Shown piece by piece: positions 38,843 to 47,191 of a stretch of DNA of 64,000 nucleotides. The translations under genes and the position numbers were made by a program. The stretch is from positions 64,001-128,000 of the forward strand of contig CBDAQI010000012.1 of the NCBI GenBank assembly GCA_965198945.1. Reading direction: 5' to 3'. Origin of the DNA: Thermodesulfobacteriota bacterium (GTDB lineage Bacteria; Desulfobacterota_D; UBA1144; Nemesobacterales; Mycalebacteriaceae). Numbering within the stretch: the first letter of the stretch is position 1; every line of letters starts with the position of its first letter. Below the pieces are notes generated by a model. The model was not told the origin of the DNA. It made no database searches and saw only the letters and a program-made list of their open reading frames with translations.

Positions 38843-38962
38843 ATTATAATTGACTGAAACCTGTCCAAGCATTTTTTCTATTCATAACAAGAAACTAATG
38901 TTTCGCAGGATAACCAGGGTAAACCTAATCGCCTCTCGCCTTAGGGCAGGGGCGATTTTTTT
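38843..38962 (+). ncRNA. tracrRNA
   Basis: Anti-repeat ATTATAATTGACTGAAACCTGTCC (38843-38866) and ATTCATAAC (38880-38888) are complementary to the repeat. Followed by AA, nexus-like GAAAC-TAAT-GTTTC, then terminator AATCGCC...GGCGATT-T-run. TTGACA at 38805 upstream. Confidence 0.88.
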
Positions 38963-39002
38963 ATCTTCTTTCAAGTATGTAAACTCACTTCCGTAGCAAA
39001 AA

Positions 39003-40436
39003 ATGAAAATCCCTCTCCAATTTCAATCCGATTTCCCCCCTGCGGGCGAGCTTGAAGTCACAACCCCTTTTAACGGTCAAGTTATCGCAACTGTGGAAAC
39101 GGCCGGGGAAAAACATCTGGACGGTCTTTTTGAAACCGCAAAAAAACTTTATGAAAACCGTGAGGGCTGGCTTACCGTTCACCAAAGGGCGCAAATTCTG
39201 GAACGGGCTTCTTCAATAATCACCGAACGCATGGACGATTTGATAATTCAGGCGGCGCGTGAGGGTGGAAAACCCTATAACGATTCAAAAGTGGAAATTT
39301 ACAGAGCGGCGGACAGCGCAAAAATCGCCGCGGAAACAATTCGCACCGAAGCGGGAAATGTTATTCCGATGGGCGGTGATCTTTACAGCGCGAACAGAGC
39401 GGCTTTTACACAAAAAGAGCCGATTGGGGTTGTCGTTGCGGTCAGCGCTTTTAATCATCCGCTTAACCTTATAGTTCATCAGGCGGGCGCCGCAATTGCC
39501 GCCGGATGTCCGGTTATCATCAAGCCCGCGAGTGAAACGCCGCTTTCATGCATATCCTTCAAAAACATACTCGTTGAAGCGGGGCTGCCGCCCGACTGGT
39601 GTCAGGTTGTTGTTACCGATTCAAACGAAACGGCTCAACTGCTCGCAACCGACAGGAGGACGGCGTTTTTCAGTTTTATAGGAAGCTCGCGGGTCGGCTG
39701 GATGCTGCGCTCCAAACTCGCTCCGGGAACACGCTGCGCCCTTGAACACGGCGGAGTGGCGCCGGCGCTTGTGTATGAAGACTCGGATATTGAACGCACC
39801 GCGTCTCTGCTTGCCAAAGGAGGCTTCTATCACGCGGGGCAGGTTTGCGTTTCCACCCAGCGCGTCTATGTGCAAAAAAATATCGCACCGAACTTTCTCT
39901 CATTTTTCCGCAGCGAAGCGGAAAGTCTTAAAGTCGGAGACCCCGCGCTTGAATCAACTCAAGTGGGGCCGCTTATCCGCCCGTCGGAAGTCAGGCGCGT
40001 TCACGAGTGGGTTTGTGAGGCCGTCAGCGAGGGAGCTGAACTTGTCTGCGGCGGAAACATTCTGTTTGACAGATGTTACGAACCGACCATTTTGCTCAAC
40101 CCTCCGGATGCCGTTCGCGCCAGCCGTGAGGAAATTTTCGGTCCCGTGGTCTGCGTTTATGAGGTTGACGACATGGAAGATGCGATTGCGCGCGCGAACG
40201 GTCTTGGCATGGCGTTTCAATCTTCGGTTTTTACAAAAAATCTTGACACCGCTCTTGCCGCCGTGAAAAAATTGAGCGCTTCAGGCGTTATGGTGAATGA
40301 TCACACCGCGTTCCGCATAGACGGAATGCCCTTCGGAGGGCTGAAGCAGTCCGGCCTCGGAACCGGCGGCATTCCGCACACAATCAGAGATATGAGCATG
40401 GAGAAAATGGTTGTTTTCCGCTCAGACGCGATTTAG
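39003..40436 (+). CDS. NAD(P)-dependent aldehyde dehydrogenase
   Basis: AFNHPLNL, KPASETP, FIGSSRVG, LEHGG, AGQVCVS, EEIFGPV, MPFGGLKQSG. Confidence 0.93.
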   Translation: MKIPLQFQSDFPPAGELEVTTPFNGQVIATVETAGEKHLDGLFETAKKLYENREGWLTVHQRAQILERASSIITERMDDLIIQAAREGGKPYNDSKVEIYRAADSAKIAAETIRTEAGNVIPMGGDLYSANRAAFTQKEPIGVVVAVSAFNHPLNLIVHQAGAAIAAGCPVIIKPASETPLSCISFKNILVEAGLPPDWCQVVVTDSNETAQLLATDRRTAFFSFIGSSRVGWMLRSKLAPGTRCALEHGGVAPALVYEDSDIERTASLLAKGGFYHAGQVCVSTQRVYVQKNIAPNFLSFFRSEAESLKVGDPALESTQVGPLIRPSEVRRVHEWVCEAVSEGAELVCGGNILFDRCYEPTILLNPPDAVRASREEIFGPVVCVYEVDDMEDAIARANGLGMAFQSSVFTKNLDTALAAVKKLSASGVMVNDHTAFRIDGMPFGGLKQSGLGTGGIPHTIRDMSMEKMVVFRSDAI

Positions 40437-40446
40437 TTTTTCCGTT

Positions 40447-41217
40447 TTACAAGTTTCCGCCGCAAACCTTTTCCGCATATCGCTCGGCGGCCTCGGCGAT
40501 TTCCGGAAGCGGTTTGTTCAGTGAAATTCTCACCAGTTCCGCGCAGGCGGACTTCAAGTCTCCGGTTCTCACTTGAGCGTCCGCCAGATTCAGCCGGGCT
40601 TCATTGTATCCCGGAGCGAGTTCCAGAGCCGATTTGAACTGTTTTACGGCTCTTTTTCCCTTGAAAGTTTTACAAGCAGTTTCCCGTATTCGTTTCTGGA
40701 ATAAATATTTGACGGCTCAAGTCTGATTGATTGTTTGAAAAAGCGCTCGGCGGAAACCGGATCACCTTTCATTTCATACCCTCTTGCAACGTTGACAAGC
40801 GCAGCGTAACGAAGAGGATAGCCGATGTCTTGTGTTACAATCAGGCATTGCTCAATTGCTTCATCAAATTTGCCCGTTTTAATATACAAACCGCAAAGGT
40901 TGTATCGGGCTTTTGCATAGTCGTTTTTAATCTCAAGAGCTTTTTTGTAGCTCATTTCCGCGGCGGCAAATTCCCGCAGACCGAAATACGCTATCCCCTT
41001 TATCAAATACAGTTCGGGATCGTCTTCGTTTTGGACTTCAGCTTTTTTCATTTCTGTTATGGCCCCCGTAAAATCCCCTCCCCGCACATATGAAGCGGCG
41101 AGATTTTTACGGTTGCGCAGAGTCATGGGAGCGTTTTTTTGCGGCTCCTCCGCAGGAACAAAAAAGCAGCGGAAGGGCGAGAAGCGCTGAAAAAAAGCCG
41201 AACTGTTTTTTCCCATT
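40447..41217 (-). CDS. TPR lipoprotein, PilF/PilW-like; frameshifted in this assembly
   Basis: TPR repeats in the track ORF. It continues past the apparent stop in another frame (AVKQFKSALELAPGYNEARLNLADAQ...KVCGGNL*, TAA at 40447). A lipoprotein signal SALLALPLLFCSCGG lies in an alternate frame near the 5' end. Confidence 0.72.
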
Positions 41218-41240
41218 AAAACGCATTGCCGCAAGCGGGG

Positions 41241-42143
41241 TTATATTTGAGACATCCTGAAAAAGTCGCCCAGACGGCTTTCAAATTGGTCTTTTTTCAG
41301 GTTTTTTATGCTTTCAGTTCCGAGTTTTTCCACCGTGAAAGAAGCAAGCACTGAGCCGTGAATAACGGCTCTTTTCAGATTTTCATGACCGTTATGTCCG
41401 TTTTCACTCAAATATCCCATAAACCCGCCCGCAAAAGTGTCTCCGGCTCCGGTCGGGTCAACCGCCCGCTCCACCGGATATGCGGGTGAGCAGAACATTC
41501 CTTTGTCAGAGACCATCATGCAGCCGAATTCCCCTCTTTTGATTATGACAATTTGCGGCCCCATTTTCCTTATCGCGCGCGCCGCCGCAATCGTGGAAGA
41601 CTCTCCGCTCAGAGACAGCGCTTCGGAATTATTTATTATCAGTATGTTGACCATTTTCAGAGTTTTTTTAAGGTCCGGCAGGCTGTTGTCTATCCAGAAG
41701 TTCATCGTGTCACAAGCGACAATGCGCGGTGATTTCATCTGTTTGATAATTTCCATCTGTATTACCGGGTCCATGTTTGCAAGAAACACGGACTCCGCAT
41801 TTCTGAGACGTTCAGACAGATTCGGTCTGAAGTTTTCAAACACATTGAGATTGACGGAAAGCGTCTCCGGATCAGGTATGTTTCCGGAGTATCTGCCTTT
41901 CCAGCGGAAAGTTTTTCCGTCCGCGGTTTCAAGGCCCCGTGTGTCAACTCCGGCTTTCCTGAGAAGGTCTGAGTGCGGAGCCGGAAAGTCTTTTCCTATC
42001 ACCGCCGAGATGCTCACTTTTGTGAACAGAGACGCGCCGAGGCATGAATACACCGCGGAGCCGCCGAGGACTTCCTCGCCTCTGTCAAGCGGTGTTTCTA
42101 TGGAGTCAATCGCCACCGTTCCCACTATCAAAAGTTTGCTCAT
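41241..42143 (-). CDS. PfkB family carbohydrate/nucleoside kinase
   Basis: VG.VAIDSIETP, LGGSA, DPTGAGDTFAGG. Confidence 0.92.
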   Translation of the reverse strand: MSKLLIVGTVAIDSIETPLDRGEEVLGGSAVYSCLGASLFTKVSISAVIGKDFPAPHSDLLRKAGVDTRGLETADGKTFRWKGRYSGNIPDPETLSVNLNVFENFRPNLSERLRNAESVFLANMDPVIQMEIIKQMKSPRIVACDTMNFWIDNSLPDLKKTLKMVNILIINNSEALSLSGESSTIAAARAIRKMGPQIVIIKRGEFGCMMVSDKGMFCSPAYPVERAVDPTGAGDTFAGGFMGYLSENGHNGHENLKRAVIHGSVLASFTVEKLGTESIKNLKKDQFESRLGDFFRMSQI

Positions 42144-42997
42144 TTGGTAAACCTCTCTATTATTATTCCGAGCCTTTTTTTCGCATCGTCACTGATGGCT
42201 TCGGGCGGAGTGATAATTGCGTTTTCAAGAGCGCAGTCACAGGCGCAGTCTCTTGTTTTTCCGAGCTTTTCCAGAGTTTTTTTGATGATTTTTTTTGCGG
42301 TTTCAACATTGCTTGAGAGAATCTCTATCACATCTTCCACGGTTACCGCATCGTGCCCCTCCCGCCAGCAGTCATAGTCGGTCGCCATTGCGAGGGTTGC
42401 GTAGCACATCTCGGCCTCTCTTGCGAGTTTTGCTTCGGGCATGTTTGTCATGCCTATTATGTCAACTTCCCAGTTTTTGTAGAGAATGCTTTCAGCGCGT
42501 GATGAAAACTGCGGGCCTTCAATGCAGATGTATGTTCCACCTTCGTGTGTTGCCGCTCCGGCGCCGGACGCGGCTCCGAGAAGCTCCGCCGCAAGTTCCC
42601 CGCAAACCGGCTCCGCCATTGATATATGAGCCGCGACTCCGTTTCCGAAAAATGAGTTTTCTCTTTTTTTTGTATGGTCTATGAACTGTGACGGGACGAC
42701 AACATCTCCCGGTCTGATGTGCTCTCTCATGCTTCCCACGGCGCTGACGGAGATTATTCTCTCCACTCCCAGACTTTTCAGCGCATAAATGTTTGCCCTG
42801 TAGTTTATTTCGGATGGAAGAACCGTGTGGCTGAGTCCGTGACGGGGAAGAAACGCCACATTTGCGTCTCCGACCGTCCCGGTCATTATGGGAGCCGAGG
42901 GTTTCCCCCAGGGAGTTTCCGGATTTACGGGCTCAATGTTTTCAAAGCCGGTCATTTCATAAAGTCCGCTTCCCCCTATGATGCCCACAGTTTTCAT
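42140..42997 (-). CDS. mtnP: S-methyl-5'-thioadenosine phosphorylase
   Basis: GIIGGSGLY, FLPRHG, NYRANIYALK, EGPQFSSRAES, IGMT..PEAKLAREAE.CY, TDYDCW. Confidence 0.94.
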   Translation of the reverse strand: MKTVGIIGGSGLYEMTGFENIEPVNPETPWGKPSAPIMTGTVGDANVAFLPRHGLSHTVLPSEINYRANIYALKSLGVERIISVSAVGSMREHIRPGDVVVPSQFIDHTKKRENSFFGNGVAAHISMAEPVCGELAAELLGAASGAGAATHEGGTYICIEGPQFSSRAESILYKNWEVDIIGMTNMPEAKLAREAEMCYATLAMATDYDCWREGHDAVTVEDVIEILSSNVETAKKIIKKTLEKLGKTRDCACDCALENAIITPPEAISDDAKKRLGIIIERFTK

Positions 42998-43656
42998 TTC
43001 CGCCTCTCTCTCAGTTTTTCAAGACCCAGTATGAACCGGCTTTGCCCGCTTACGGGAAGCTTTAATTCATCGGTCATTTTTATGGTTGCGAGCCCGCGTG
43101 GAATCATCCGTTTTTCTTTCTCCCACTGCCTGGCGCCGTCTTTGCCTTTCATAATCAATACCATTCCGCCGCATTTTACAAGAGGCATTGCAATGCGCAC
43201 CATTTCCGGGGTTGCCGCGACCGCGCGCGAGACGGCAATATCAAAACCGCCGCCGATTTTTTCGTCTTCTTTTCCCGCTCTCGCCTTTACGGCGCGGGTT
43301 TTTTCAAGGCCGAGCGTCCTGATAGCTTCTCTCATGAAAAACACCCTTTTTCCCCGCGCGTCCACAAGAACCGGACTGATTGAAGGAAGGCATATTTTAA
43401 GAGGTATGCCGGGCAGTCCCGCCCCGGATCCGATATCAAGCACCGAGCTTTGCGGGGGTATGTGGCGCAGCAGCGTAAGGGAATCTATAAAATGCGTAAC
43501 CGCTATTGACCGGGGGTCTTTTATTGAAGTCAGATTTATTTTGGACGCCCATTTTATTATCAGTTCGCAGTAGATCTCAAACTTTTCAACCATTCCCGGA
43601 TCAAGCTCAATGTTGAGGTGCCCGCATCCGGACGCGAGTGTTTCCCTGAAATTCAT
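42994..43656 (-). CDS. rsmG: 16S rRNA m7G527 methyltransferase
   Basis: INLTSI, HFIDSL, LDIGSGAGLPGIPL, SRAV. Confidence 0.94.
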   Translation of the reverse strand: MNFRETLASGCGHLNIELDPGMVEKFEIYCELIIKWASKINLTSIKDPRSIAVTHFIDSLTLLRHIPPQSSVLDIGSGAGLPGIPLKICLPSISPVLVDARGKRVFFMREAIRTLGLEKTRAVKARAGKEDEKIGGGFDIAVSRAVAATPEMVRIAMPLVKCGGMVLIMKGKDGARQWEKEKRMIPRGLATIKMTDELKLPVSGQSRFILGLEKLRERRK

Positions 43657-44486
43657 CCTTCAAGATGTATTGAAAAGGGGTGTCTGATTATGATATTCGG
43701 TCTGCCGCGATACATTGACGCTCTGCCCGTAATCAGGACGTTTTTATTATTGTAGTATTCTAACGGGTTGATTCCAAAGTGTCTGAAATTCTCAACTGAG
43801 CTGCCGAAAATCACAACTTCAACGCCGCCGTCCGTTTTAAGTATTATGATTCCGCCGCTTTTTTTCATGGCGTCCATGATTTTTGCCCGCACGACAATTC
43901 TTTGCCCCTCCATCTCCGCCATTTTGTTTTGCGGAACAGCAAATCTGTTATTTTGTTCGGACGGCTCAAAATTTCCGTCTCCGCTCCACAGACCGATACG
44001 CTTTTTCATTGCGCTTTGCTGAGCGTTTGTCAGCTCCTCCATCATCTCCGGGTTCTGTTTTCCGATTTTCAGAACGGTGGCCAGGCCCGCGCTCACAATT
44101 TCTCTGTTCACATTTTCACCGTCCGTAAAAACAAAACCGAGAAGCCGTCCATACCTGTCATATTTTTCCGTGCCGAAACGTACTCGCACCGTTTTGTTTT
44201 TCACAAGTTTTGAGTTCAGCTCGGTCGCCTCTTTGGAAAACGGGTCTCCCGGAGAGTCGTCTCTGCCCTTTTCCGGGCAGTCAATTCCCTCGTATCTCAA
44301 AAGACGGCTGCGGCCTTTTTTGTCTGTAACGCGTATTGTGTCGCCGTCAATGATTTTTCTCACACGGAAGGTTTCATCCGTCTGTGCGCCCCGCGTCAGG
44401 TCCCGGGCGATGCCCGTGTAAGCGGTGACCGCCGCGAGAACCAGAGTGAGAACAAGCCATTTCAGGTGGTTTTTTGAATTTCTCAT
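43653..44486 (-). CDS. Thermonuclease (SNase) family exported nuclease with C-terminal OB-fold
   Basis: N-terminal TM/signal, IDGDTI, RYEGIDCPE, DRYGRLL, A..KRIGLW; C-terminal V..TG...YRGRP.I.I. Confidence 0.88.
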   Translation of the reverse strand: MRNSKNHLKWLVLTLVLAAVTAYTGIARDLTRGAQTDETFRVRKIIDGDTIRVTDKKGRSRLLRYEGIDCPEKGRDDSPGDPFSKEATELNSKLVKNKTVRVRFGTEKYDRYGRLLGFVFTDGENVNREIVSAGLATVLKIGKQNPEMMEELTNAQQSAMKKRIGLWSGDGNFEPSEQNNRFAVPQNKMAEMEGQRIVVRAKIMDAMKKSGGIIILKTDGGVEVVIFGSSVENFRHFGINPLEYYNNKNVLITGRASMYRGRPNIIIRHPFSIHLEG

Positions 44487-45619
44487 GTTTTTGTTCCCTC
44501 TCCCGTTCCGTGCTCAAAAATTTGAAAAAACACAAAACCCGCGAACACAACCAGACCCGCAAGCGCATACATGGCTCGAAACCCCATGCTTTCGGCGATT
44601 ATTCCGAGAGGAAACGCCGCGTAGTTTATTCCGAGACTGAAAGACGAATTGAAGGCGCCCATTGCTTTGGCCATCCCGGTTTTTGTTTTGTCAGCCACCA
44701 TGGCTCCGAGCGCAGGATACATAATTCCGTAGCCGGCGCTGAACAGAAAACAGAACAGCGCCGCCTGCATCCCGGACTGTGTCCGTGACAACAGCACGAG
44801 GGCGGCCGCCGCAACAAAAATCGCGGGAGACGCAATTTTTTTTCTTTCGGTTTTGTCGGCGAGTTTTGAGAAAAAAATCCTCACAACTATCACCGTTAAG
44901 GCATATGTGAGGAAAAAGCGTGAAGCGGGGAATCCGTTTTCACGCGCGAACACCGCAAAAAAATTGAGGAGGCTTCCCAAACCGACCGCCACCGCAAGGT
45001 TGGAAAACAGAATGACTCCGTATTTTCTTGTAACAAAAAATTTGAAAAAAGAGCCGAACGATTTTTCGTCGTCTCTCTTGAAATTTTCTTCCCGCACAAA
45101 CAATGAAACGGCAAGGGAGATGAGCCCGCACGAGGCGGCGTAGAAAAACAGTCCGTTTTTTCCAAATAAGTCCGTAGCCCACTCTCCGACGGGCGGTCCC
45201 ACCGCATATGAAAATATCGTGAATGCCCCGAAAAACCCCAGCCTTTCGGCAATGCGGTTTTTTTCCGCCATTTCCGACACGGCCGTTGCGGCCGCAGTGA
45301 AAAAAGCGGCGAAAGCAGCTCCCTGAGCAAGTCTCAGGGCGTAAATAAAAGGGCCTAAATTTTCCACAAAAATAAAACACACCGAAGATGCGGTCATAAG
45401 CGAAGCCCCGGCTATCATAAAAATTTTGCGTCCGTGGCGGTCGGCGAGTGTTGAGAAAAAGGGAATGCAGAGAAGTGAAGTTATGCCGAAACTTCCCATA
45501 ACATAACCGATTTGAGACTCGCCCCCACCCATGTCTTCTATGAGAACGGGAAGCAGAAAAAACGAAGAAAAATTGCAGAAAAAAAAGAAGTTCGCCAGCG
45601 TTACAAAAATAAAATTCAT
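44483..45619 (-). CDS. MFS transporter
   Basis: About 12 TM; LADRHGRK motif A; RLAQG. Confidence 0.88.
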   Translation of the reverse strand: MNFIFVTLANFFFFCNFSSFFLLPVLIEDMGGGESQIGYVMGSFGITSLLCIPFFSTLADRHGRKIFMIAGASLMTASSVCFIFVENLGPFIYALRLAQGAAFAAFFTAAATAVSEMAEKNRIAERLGFFGAFTIFSYAVGPPVGEWATDLFGKNGLFFYAASCGLISLAVSLFVREENFKRDDEKSFGSFFKFFVTRKYGVILFSNLAVAVGLGSLLNFFAVFARENGFPASRFFLTYALTVIVVRIFFSKLADKTERKKIASPAIFVAAAALVLLSRTQSGMQAALFCFLFSAGYGIMYPALGAMVADKTKTGMAKAMGAFNSSFSLGINYAAFPLGIIAESMGFRAMYALAGLVVFAGFVFFQIFEHGTGEGTKT

Positions 45620-45749
45620 TTGAGAATTGCCGTCAGTTTCCCGAAATTAAAGGTGTGCGGATTTTACACCATTTTCAAAGCCGCCCGCGGCACGGCGCGC
45701 CTCCGTGTGTTTGAACATCCGCAATTTGTGTTATGATTGTCCCCCTTGG

Positions 45750-45823
45750 GAGCCGTTAGCTCAGCCTGGTAGAGCAACTGCCTTTTAAGCAGTGGGTCGC
45801 AGGTTCGAATCCTGCACGGCTCA
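45750..45823 (+). tRNA. tRNA-Lys(TTT)
   Basis: GAGCCGT/ACGGCTC acceptor stem, anticodon loop CTTTTAA, GGTTCGAATCC T-arm; CCA not encoded. Confidence 0.95.
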
Positions 45824-45835
45824 CTTTCAAGTCCG

Positions 45836-45910
45836 GTCCCCGTCGTCTAGCCTGGCCCAGGACACCGCCCTTTCACGGCGGCAACAGGGGTTCGAATCCC
45901 CTCGGGGACG
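45836..45910 (+). tRNA. tRNA-Glu(TTC)
   Basis: GTCCCCG/CGGGGAC acceptor stem, anticodon loop CTTTCAC, GGTTCGAATCC; CCA not encoded. Confidence 0.95.
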
Positions 45911-45915
45911 ATAAC

Positions 45916-46500
45916 TTAAACACCCGCGGTCTTCAGAATACGCTTTGCCGCGGCGCAAATGTCCGTTTCAACAAAGTCCGCCTTTGTTTTCATATCCGCG
46001 CCTTCCCGGCTCAGCAGGATGGTTGAAAAACCGCTCCGCCGTCCGGCGATTACGTCTTTTGTCATATCCCCTATCATCCATGAAAATTCCGGGTTGACGC
46101 CGTGCCGGCAGACTATTTTTTCTATCATGCCCGTTCCGGGTTTTCTGCACTTGCACGGTATGTTGTAAGGCGCAACGGTTCCGTCCGGGTTGTGAGGGCA
46201 GTAATGGAAGCCCGAAAACCGGACGCCGCGCTTTCTGAAATACGAGTCCATTTCCAAGTGAACTTCTTTCACATCTTTTTCTCCGAGAAACCCTTTCGCC
46301 ACTCTCCCTTGATTTGTGGCGATAAAAAGCAGGTATCCGGCGGACTGAAGCTCAAAAAGGGCTTCCGCATAACCGTCCGGAATGTGGAAATCTCCCACTC
46401 TGTATATGTAGGCGCCCTTCCTTGCCGGCATCAAAACCGTTTTGTCGCGGTCAAACACAACACATTTTGCGCCTTGTCCGTTTGCGTTTTCAAAAGGCAT
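45916..46500 (-). CDS. gmhB: HAD-IIIA phosphatase, GmhB (heptose bisphosphate phosphatase)-like
   Basis: VFDRDKT, ATNQ, CPH.P...C.CRKP.TGM, MIGD...D..AG. Confidence 0.82.
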   Translation of the reverse strand: MPFENANGQGAKCVVFDRDKTVLMPARKGAYIYRVGDFHIPDGYAEALFELQSAGYLLFIATNQGRVAKGFLGEKDVKEVHLEMDSYFRKRGVRFSGFHYCPHNPDGTVAPYNIPCKCRKPGTGMIEKIVCRHGVNPEFSWMIGDMTKDVIAGRRSGFSTILLSREGADMKTKADFVETDICAAAKRILKTAGV

Positions 46501-47182
46501 ATTTCAAAATCACCCACAATATCTTCACGCCCGCTTTTGCGCTTCCCGCAAAAGTGCCGCTTATCTTTGAAACCCCGGTTCTTTTTCTGTAGCGCACCGG
46601 AATTTCAACGCACCTTAAACCTTTCTTTACGGCTTTGATTTGCATTTCAACCGTCCACCCGTAGCCCTCATCGCTCATTTGGAGGGCTTCAAGGCTTGAA
46701 AACCTTATCGCTCTGAACGGGCCCAGGTCTGTGAACTTAACTCCGAACATTGCGCTCAGGACGGTTCCCGCGAGTTTGTTTCCGAACACCGTGTGGGCCG
46801 GCATCGCGTCGCTTGTGCGCCGCCCTGATATCCTTGAGCCGACAACAAAATCGGCCCGGTTTTCCAGTATGGGTTTAATCAGAAGCGAAAGTTCCGAGGG
46901 ATAGTCAGAGTAATCCGCATCCAGAAACACAACAATATCAGGGGGTGGGTGGGCATTGCGGGATATGTGCCTGATTCCGGCAAGGCACGCTCTGCCGTAT
47001 CCGCGAACGGGTTCGTCCACCACCGTAGCCCCGGCGCTCATTGCTTTTTCCGCCGTCAAGTCAGTTGAGCCGTTGTTGACCACGACTATTTCATCAACCG
47101 CCCCGGAGGGAATTTCCCCCACCACTTTGCCGACAGACCGCTCCTCGTTCAAAGCCGGAATGATTACCGCCACGGTTTTCAT
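46490..47182 (-). CDS. Glycosyltransferase family 2 (polyprenol-phosphate type)
   Basis: IIPALNEE, NNGSTD, GYGRAC, FLDADYSD, TDLGPFRAIR. Confidence 0.9.
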   Translation of the reverse strand: MKTVAVIIPALNEERSVGKVVGEIPSGAVDEIVVVNNGSTDLTAEKAMSAGATVVDEPVRGYGRACLAGIRHISRNAHPPPDIVVFLDADYSDYPSELSLLIKPILENRADFVVGSRISGRRTSDAMPAHTVFGNKLAGTVLSAMFGVKFTDLGPFRAIRFSSLEALQMSDEGYGWTVEMQIKAVKKGLRCVEIPVRYRKRTGVSKISGTFAGSAKAGVKILWVILKYAF

Positions 47183-47191
47183 TTTTTCCCC

